Assembly (NCBI GenBank): GCA_964632315.1
Contig: CAZWEM010000058.1
Coordinates: 1-23,294, forward strand
Origin: an uncultured archaeon
Lineage (GTDB): Archaea; Asgardarchaeota; Lokiarchaeia; Sigyniarchaeales; SOKP01
Reading direction: 5' to 3'
DNA length: 23,294 nucleotides
Shown here: piece after piece, positions 17,589 through 23,294 of the stretch
How the letters are laid out: the number at the start of each line of letters is the position of its first letter
Position numbering within the stretch: the stretch's first letter is position 1
Translations under genes and position numbers: made by a program
Notes under the pieces: model-generated
Told to the model about the DNA's origin: nothing
Seen by the model: the letters and a program-made list of their open reading frames with translations, nothing else
Database searches by the model: none

Positions 17589-18965
17589 ATGCATAATGAG
17601 AGAATTCTAAATGAATTGCAAAATATTGTAGGAGAAAATTACGTAAGCAACCGAGAAGAAGACCTTTATATCTATTCCCAAGATCCTGGAGCATCTCTTC
17701 GGCGTAATGTGGATTATGTGATTTTACCTAAAAATACTGAAGAAGTCCGGAAAATTGTATTATTTGCCAATGCTGAAAAAATTCCAATTATCCCGATGGG
17801 AGGTGGCTTAACTTTAAGTGGCTTGATCATTCCTGTAAGGGGTGGTATTGTCATGGATATGAAACGAATGAATAGAATCATTGAGATTAACGAAACAAGT
17901 CGTTATGCTTTAATAGAAGCAGGAGTAACTACTGGACAATTACTTTCACATCTTAATCAAAATTTTCCTGAATTACAACCCCCAATCCCAGATGCACCAC
18001 CTTCAGCAACAATTGCTGGAAACGTGTTAATTCACGGTTCAGGATATTTATCCCAAAAACATGGAGATCATGGGGCGATGATAAATGGTATCGAAGTAGT
18101 TTTACCAGACGGAGAGATCAGCAAATTTGGCTCCTGTGCCTTATCGGATTATTGGTTCTCAAGGGGACCTATCATTGATTTTATCGGTTTATTCATTAGC
18201 GCTTTTGGGACTTTAGGTGTAATAACTAAACTTTCGATTAAGTTATATCCTAAACCCAATTACCGTGATGTTGTTTTTGGATTATTAAAGGATACAAAAG
18301 ATATACCTAAATTATTACTTGAAATAACAAAAACAGGATTAGCCGAGGATGTTTTATTAGGTAGTCAAGATAAACCAGAATGGATGAAAGGCTATATTTT
18401 TGTAATGACTTATGTCACTGGAGACGATCCAGAAGAAATTGAGCAAAATATCAAAACCTTTAAAAAAGTTTATAGAAAGAGTAATGCTCGATTCATGAAA
18501 CCACCAGACCGGATGCGCGATACATATTTAGAGAAACCAATTTTCGCAGCAGGAGCTGCTGATTATCGGAAGGGAGGTGGATTTGAATATGTTGGAGCTT
18601 TTATGCCATTAGAGAAGGTTCCAGAAGCATATGACAGAGCAGCAGAGATTTCAAGAAAGTATAATATACCTCCTACAATAGGATCAAGATTAATGAGTGG
18701 AACACATACAATAGTTGTATTTTTCTCTTATTCGTTTAATCGAGCAGATCCTAAAGACATGGAGAATGCAAGAAATGCTCTTCATGAAACCAATGAACTA
18801 GCATTGCAATTAGGTGGAATCCCATGGAAGGTTGAACTTGATGGCCAGCAATTAGTGTTAGAAAAAATAGATCCTTCATATAAAAAAGTGTTGAAGTTGG
18901 TAAAAACCGCACTAGATCCAAACAATATTATGAATCCCGGAAATTGGGAGGTGAATGAAAAATGA
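17589..18965 (+). CDS. FAD-binding oxidoreductase (FAD_binding_4 / GlcD-like, VAO/PCMH fold)
   Basis: IIPMGGGLTLSG, MDMKRMNRI, EAGVT, ATIAGNV, GIEVVLPDG, GTLGVIT and LDPNNIMNPG. ATG at 17589. Confidence 0.88.
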   Translation: MHNERILNELQNIVGENYVSNREEDLYIYSQDPGASLRRNVDYVILPKNTEEVRKIVLFANAEKIPIIPMGGGLTLSGLIIPVRGGIVMDMKRMNRIIEINETSRYALIEAGVTTGQLLSHLNQNFPELQPPIPDAPPSATIAGNVLIHGSGYLSQKHGDHGAMINGIEVVLPDGEISKFGSCALSDYWFSRGPIIDFIGLFISAFGTLGVITKLSIKLYPKPNYRDVVFGLLKDTKDIPKLLLEITKTGLAEDVLLGSQDKPEWMKGYIFVMTYVTGDDPEEIEQNIKTFKKVYRKSNARFMKPPDRMRDTYLEKPIFAAGAADYRKGGGFEYVGAFMPLEKVPEAYDRAAEISRKYNIPPTIGSRLMSGTHTIVVFFSYSFNRADPKDMENARNALHETNELALQLGGIPWKVELDGQQLVLEKIDPSYKKVLKLVKTALDPNNIMNPGNWEVNEK

Positions 18966-20134
18966 ATGCCAGCCATGAATTAGATTGGAAGGATATCGTC
19001 CATAGATGTTTTAGGTGTGGTTATTGTAAGTTCACCGAAGATTTTCTTGATTTTAACTGTCCTTCTTATAAAAATTTTCGATATGAAACCTATAGCACCG
19101 GAGGTAGGATGTGGTTGATTTACGGTCTTATTAGTGGTGAGATTGAATGGAGTGAAGGAGCAGCTAATGCTATTTATGCGTGTCCTACGTGCGGGAATTG
19201 CATAGAAAATTGTAGATTTGATAAATTCAAGGACTTTTTGGTTGATTTCATTGAACTAGCTAGAGTGGAAGCGTCCAAAGCCGGTTTTACTCCAAAAAAG
19301 CAGGTAAATTTACTTAAGAGAATAGAGAATCCCGAGATGAATAACCCCTATGGGGAACTAAATTCTGATAACGAAAACTTGAAAAAAAAGTATGATCTTC
19401 CTGACCAAGCAGAATGGGTGTACTTCATTGGATGCACTTCTAACTATCGACAGAAAGAATTAAGAGATGCTACGATTAAATTTCTTAAAAAAGCAAAAAT
19501 AGATTTCACATTAATCGATGAGCATTGCTGTTGTTCACCAATTATTAGAACTGGACAAGTGGATCCAGTTAAAAATTTCATCAATTATAATTTGCTGAAG
19601 ATAAAAAATACTGGTGCTTCTAAAATTATCACCAGTTGCGCTGGATGTTATAAAACTATCAAAAAGGACTGGTTGAAATTCCAAGAGGTTTTAGGAATTG
19701 AAGTCTTTCATACCGTAGAATTAATAAAAGATTTAATGGATAATAAGAAACTTAAATTTAATTCGGAATATAAGAAAAAAATTACGTATCATGATCCTTG
19801 CCATCTGGGAAGACACATGAAATTCTACGACGTACCTCGAGAAGTTATTAAGAATATTCCTGGTGTAGAATTAGTTGAGATGAAACGAAATCGAGAAAAT
19901 GCATGGTGCTGTGGTGCAGGTGGAGGGGTTAAAATTGGATATCCCGAATGGGCCATCGAAACTTCTAGAGAGCGGTTAGAGGAAGCAAAATCAACTGGAG
20001 CATCAATAATCACCTCAATATGTCCTTTTTGTAGGACTAATTTGACTGACGCAAATGAACACTATGATATGAATTTACAAGTAATCGATTTATTGGAAAT
20101 AATCAATAATATTGGTTACACGATAATAAATTAA
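18962..20134 (+). CDS. Fe-S/CCG-domain oxidoreductase (GlcF/HdrD-like)
   Basis: CFRCGYC..CP and CPTCGNCIENC ferredoxin motifs; two CCG domains (YFIGC/EHCCC/SCAGC and YHDPCHLGR/CCGAGGG/CPFC). ATGA overlap with the upstream gene. Confidence 0.92.
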   Translation: MNASHELDWKDIVHRCFRCGYCKFTEDFLDFNCPSYKNFRYETYSTGGRMWLIYGLISGEIEWSEGAANAIYACPTCGNCIENCRFDKFKDFLVDFIELARVEASKAGFTPKKQVNLLKRIENPEMNNPYGELNSDNENLKKKYDLPDQAEWVYFIGCTSNYRQKELRDATIKFLKKAKIDFTLIDEHCCCSPIIRTGQVDPVKNFINYNLLKIKNTGASKIITSCAGCYKTIKKDWLKFQEVLGIEVFHTVELIKDLMDNKKLKFNSEYKKKITYHDPCHLGRHMKFYDVPREVIKNIPGVELVEMKRNRENAWCCGAGGGVKIGYPEWAIETSRERLEEAKSTGASIITSICPFCRTNLTDANEHYDMNLQVIDLLEIINNIGYTIIN

Positions 20135-20195
20135 CATATCAACCACATCTTGTTGAGAAGAAGCAAAAAATAGCAATTATTCAAAAAAAGAAATA

Positions 20196-20891
20196 TTATT
20201 CATATTGTTTTTTTTCTTTTAGTTTCTTTAAGAATTCTTTATCATCAGATTTTATTTTTTCGTTATACCATTTATTAAACCTTATTTCTTTGATGATTCT
20301 ATATAATAACAAAGCTGGTATAACGGAAAGAGAAAGATATATCGTTTCTAACCATGTCGTTATATTACCCCACTCATAATTAATTGCATTACCATCTAAA
20401 GTTATGATAATTCCAAGATTTATTGGGATTCGATATGTTACATTATTATTATTAACTAAAAGGATGATATCTGCATATCCTTTAATTATTAAATTATCAT
20501 TTTGATGTAAGCGGGTTATGGTATTAGGGTTAGAGGAATAAGATTTTCTTGGAGGTTCTAAATTCTGATCAATTACTTGTTTAACTGATGTCCCAGTTTT
20601 AACCGTGAAGGATACATTTGAAATCCCAACTGAATTTACATCCCCATTAGAAAACTCAGTCAAGCTATATCCATAATAATGTTCAAGTTGACTTCGGTGA
20701 CGAGCCCATAATTCTACATGTAGCCCGCATGAACTACCATTAATGTCAACTGTAAAATTTTTTTCTCCTTGGTAATGCCCGATCCCAAGGACATCTCTTA
20801 TATTAAAAATCATTATAAATCCTAAGAGATATGAAACAAGTAATATTGAAAAAATGACTACTTTTACTATATTTTTGTTTTGAGCTTTCAA
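20196..20891 (-). CDS. Hypothetical 2-TM membrane protein with a beta-rich extracytoplasmic domain (copy A)
   Basis: N- and C-terminal TM helices and sequons NGS/NVS/NVT/NIT. Start placed at TTG 20891 by homology to copy B; the ORF track extends to 20930. Confidence 0.8.
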   Translation of the reverse strand: MKAQNKNIVKVVIFSILLVSYLLGFIMIFNIRDVLGIGHYQGEKNFTVDINGSSCGLHVELWARHRSQLEHYYGYSLTEFSNGDVNSVGISNVSFTVKTGTSVKQVIDQNLEPPRKSYSSNPNTITRLHQNDNLIIKGYADIILLVNNNNVTYRIPINLGIIITLDGNAINYEWGNITTWLETIYLSLSVIPALLLYRIIKEIRFNKWYNEKIKSDDKEFLKKLKEKKQYE

Positions 20892-20934
20892 AATTCTTTT
20901 AAAAGTCTGGAATTGAAATATAAAATGCAAATTT

Positions 20935-20946
20935 CTTTATAAGCTA
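20935..20946. promoter_or_regulatory. Conserved TATA-like element (CTTTATAAGCTA), copy A
   Basis: Identical 12-mer at 22031-22042, ~45 nt upstream of each membrane gene, while the flanks diverge. Confidence 0.45.
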
Positions 20947-20994
20947 TCACAACATTTATGGAAAGCCAAAAACATTATTAAAAAAATTAAGTAA

Positions 20995-21161
20995 GAATTG
21001 AATAAGTCGTATGACGCTTTTTTGGATGAATTGACAAAGAGAGATCAATTGCAATTAGATTACGTTGTTATTCACCCTGGAACGTATAATTATGAGGATA
21101 ATAATGAAACTAAGGAAAAAGTGATTATAATGATATGTGGGATGAGTTTGAAAGTATTATT
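20995..21161 (+). pseudogene. nfo: Endonuclease IV internal remnants (two pieces, deletion plus frameshift)
   Basis: 20995-21120 translates to ELNKSYDAFLDELTKRDQLQLDYVVIHPG (Nfo 'KS..AF.DEL.R...LG..Y...HPG'). From 21123, in another frame, DYNDMWDEFESII resembles Nfo 'Y....EEFD.IIG'. Confidence 0.7.
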
Positions 21162-21224
21162 GATTTACAAGTAATTGATTTATTGGAAATAATCGACAAC
21201 CTTAGCTATGATATTTATGATTAA
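21162..21224 (+). pseudogene. Duplicated 3' end of the CCG Fe-S gene
   Basis: DLQVIDLLEIIDNLSYDIYD* versus NLQVIDLLEIINNIGYTIIN* at the end of 18962..20134. Confidence 0.8.
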
Positions 21225-21282
21225 TCGTTAAATTCAATTAAACTTAAAGAATTAGTAGAAAATTAAATTAAAAAAAAGGTAA

Positions 21283-21987
21283 TCAAACTTGATTTTCATA
21301 GGTTTTCTTTCTGCTTAAAATCTCAAGGAAATGTTCATCATTGGATTCTAATTCTTTACTATACCAATTCTCAAACTTAATACTTTTGATACTTCTATAT
21401 AATAATAGCGCAGGTATAACGGTAAGAGAGAGATATATCACATTTAACCAGATGTTTATATTGTCCCATTCATAATCAATTGAATTGCCATCCGAAGTTA
21501 TGACAATACCAATATTGATTGGGATTTGGTGGATTTCATAAACATCATTAACTGAAAATCTGATATCTACATATCCATTAATTGTTAAATTATCATTTTG
21601 ATGTAATCGGGTTATGGCGTTAGGATTAGAAGAATAAGACCTTCTTGGAGGATCTATATTCAGATCGATCAGTTGTTTAATTGAGGTGACGGTTCTTACT
21701 GTATAGGATACATTTGAGATCCCGACTAAATCTACACCCCCATTAGAAAATGCAGTCAAGGTATATCCATAATAGTGTTCAAGTTCCGTTCGATGATGAG
21801 CCCATAATTCTACATTGAGTCCACATGGACTTCCATTAATGTCAACTGTAAAATCTTTATCTCCTTGGTAAACTCCAATGCCAAGAACGCTTCTTATATT
21901 AAATACAACTATAAATCCTAAGAGATACGAAACAAGTAATAAGGAAAAAAGTACTACTTTTAATATATTTTTGTTTTGAGCTTTCAA
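21283..21987 (-). CDS. Hypothetical 2-TM membrane protein (copy B), paralog of 20196..20891
   Basis: Colinear paralog sharing FTVDINGS.CGL.VELWA, LEHYYGY, VGISNVS, SYSSNPN.ITRLHQNDNL and IYLSL.VIPALLLYR. Confidence 0.85.
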   Translation of the reverse strand: MKAQNKNILKVVLFSLLLVSYLLGFIVVFNIRSVLGIGVYQGDKDFTVDINGSPCGLNVELWAHHRTELEHYYGYTLTAFSNGGVDLVGISNVSYTVRTVTSIKQLIDLNIDPPRRSYSSNPNAITRLHQNDNLTINGYVDIRFSVNDVYEIHQIPINIGIVITSDGNSIDYEWDNINIWLNVIYLSLTVIPALLLYRSIKSIKFENWYSKELESNDEHFLEILSRKKTYENQV

Positions 21988-22030
21988 AGTTCTTTAAGAG
22001 GTGTGGAATTGAAATATAAAATGTAAGTAT

Positions 22031-22042
22031 CTTTATAAGCTA
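22031..22042. promoter_or_regulatory. Conserved TATA-like element (CTTTATAAGCTA), copy B
   Basis: Identical to 20935-20946. Confidence 0.45.
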
Positions 22043-22179
22043 TATCACATAATTTACGTATTTCAAAAAAAATTATTGCAAAAATTAAAAATCAAATACA
22101 TCAACCAAATATTTATTAATCGGTCTATTTAATTAGATCAATCAAACTCAAGTGAAAATCTTATATTGAGAGTGTGATA

Positions 22180-22362
22180 ATGCGATTAGGAGCTCATATG
22201 AGTATTAGTGGAGGAAACCCTTTAGCATTAAAAAGAGGAGAAGAGATTGGGCGTCAATCCATCCAAATGTTCATTAGAAACGTAAGAGGATGGTCTTCAA
22301 AGCCTTTTATTCAAAAAGAAATTGATGTTTTTTTAAAGAAATAAGAAGAATATGGAGTCTGA
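22180..22362 (+). pseudogene. nfo: Endonuclease IV N-terminal remnant
   Basis: Not in the ORF track. MRLGAHMSISGGNPLALKRGEEIGRQSIQMFIRNVRGWSSKP...FLKK* (stop at 22342-22344, then EEYGV*). Matches the Nfo N-terminus GAH.S..GG / Q.F..N.R.W. Confidence 0.85.
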
Positions 22363-22375
22363 TTTGTTAATAATT

Positions 22376-22405
22376 AAATACCCTAATGTTAAAAATACCC
22401 TAATG
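22376..22405. repeat. 13-bp direct repeat AAATACCCTAATG x2 (17-bp period)
   Basis: Exact copies at 22376-22388 and 22393-22405. Confidence 0.8.
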
Positions 22406-22460
22406 CAGAGTAGACTGAATAAAAACAGGCTTAAAAATTTCAAACAAATATTATATGAAT

Positions 22461-23294
22461 TCAGATTATTTTCCGTTTTTTTATACTTAAATTTGTTACT
22501 ATTAGAGATTGAATAATCAATATTACACTTAAAATTATAAACCAATCATAGCCAGGTATAAATAATTCTTCCGCTAAACAGGTATTGTGTTCAAAAATAT
22601 TATTCATGCTATCAAATCTCTCATCAAAACATTCTCCATTTCCATCTAAGTAATTATAAGTTATATTATTATATGTGGATCCAAATATTTGCATTCCTAC
22701 TTTGTCATAGTGTATTACATTTTTATGTATTATATTGTAATGAGAATCCGAAAGAATTACACAGCCATGTTGTTCAACCTCTATATGATTTTCAGTAATA
22801 AAACAATTTGTACATTGATATAAGCTTATACCATGCCATGTTCCATCTGTGAATGTATTATTATATATTGTAATTTTCTTACAATTGTCAATGTCAATAG
22901 CAAAATTATAACTCATTTTGAAGATATTGCTTGAAATATTTACATTACTACAATTCGCTAAAGCAATTGGCTTATCTACTCCATCAGCTTGGTTATAAGA
23001 AATAATTCCATTACTTACGTTCCAAAGAAAGAGACCAGTGTGGCTATCATGTCCTACATCACAATTTTTTATTATAAAAAAGGCGAGCGAGTTATGTATG
23101 TATATTCCATAATCATCTCCGTTAGATTCTCTTCTTATCATGATATTATCAATTACGTATGGATTATTCATAGTTCCATTTCCAGAACACCAGTCATTTT
23201 CAAGCTCTAATTTATTCCAAGATAAGTTAGCATCTAAATCATTGATTACCAATCCTCTAACAACTGGCGCATCAGCATTATTTGGAGTTTCAAT
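22461..23294 (-). CDS. NosD/CASH parallel beta-helix cell-surface protein with Loki-CTERM-like anchor; 5' end lies beyond the window
   Basis: WCSGNGT..NPYVI, repeated I..N / GI.L..S/C beta-helix rungs, and C-terminal IPGY + TM + KKRK. The frame is open to the window end. Confidence 0.85.
   Translation of the reverse strand: METPNNADAPVVRGLVINDLDANLSWNKLELENDWCSGNGTMNNPYVIDNIMIRRESNGDDYGIYIHNSLAFFIIKNCDVGHDSHTGLFLWNVSNGIISYNQADGVDKPIALANCSNVNISSNIFKMSYNFAIDIDNCKKITIYNNTFTDGTWHGISLYQCTNCFITENHIEVEQHGCVILSDSHYNIIHKNVIHYDKVGMQIFGSTYNNITYNYLDGNGECFDERFDSMNNIFEHNTCLAEELFIPGYDWFIILSVILIIQSLIVTNLSIKKRKII

Larger units (their letters stand above)
20073..20990. repeat. Tandem segmental duplication, unit A
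   Basis: Begins ATTTACAAGTAATCGATTTATTGGAAATAATC (31/32 identical to 21163-21194). Similarity continues through the membrane gene and its upstream region at an offset of ~1090-1100 nt. Confidence 0.85.
21163..22089. repeat. Tandem segmental duplication, unit B
   Basis: Colinear, diverged copy of 20073..20990. Confidence 0.85.

Noticed and set aside
17589-18965. Selenocysteine read-through at TGA-terminated genes
   Set aside because: The TGA stops fall at natural C-termini (here an ATGA overlap), not at catalytic Cys positions, and no SECIS was recognised.
20892-20930. N-terminal extension of membrane gene A given in the ORF track
   Set aside because: The homologous region of copy B has an in-frame TAA, so the shared TTG (20891/21987) is the likelier start.
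20073-22089. Mobile element or CRISPR as the cause of the repeat
   Set aside because: There is no transposase, terminal inverted repeat or repeat-spacer periodicity. It is a diverged tandem duplication.
1198-23210. Short antisense or overlapping ORFs in the track (e.g. 1198-1461, 4553-4834, 8626-8811, 12778-13128, 14342-14524, 15635-16105, 22333-22545)
   Set aside because: They are shadows of well-supported genes or AT-rich noise with no motifs.

Overview
AT-rich archaeal chromosomal segment. The two TFB-family genes, an AOR and a C-terminal IPGY-TM-basic (Loki-CTERM-like) anchor on a NosD beta-helix protein point to Asgard archaea (Lokiarchaeia); this assignment is an inference. The window holds a divergent kbl/SDR-type tdh threonine-catabolism pair, a compact HDAC-family deacylase, DUF362 and RimJ/L-type GNAT genes, two tandem P-type ATPases, a near-canonical TFB and a strongly divergent TFB-like paralog, a nitroreductase, an aldehyde:ferredoxin oxidoreductase and a GlcD/GlcF-like pair. 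It ends with a ~1.09 kb tandem duplication that kept two 2-TM membrane genes and left endonuclease IV (nfo) as complementary fragments. The strongest signal is in the P-type ATPases. Both have a P2 (SERCA-like) scaffold and intact catalytic motifs, but M4 reads PIN(I/L)P instead of PEGLP, with Ile at the Glu309 position as in the PISL motif of P4 flippases, and the M6 Asp800 equivalent is His. They are therefore unlikely to be canonical Ca2+ pumps. No rRNA, tRNA, CRISPR array or transposase was recognised. All alignments were done by eye.
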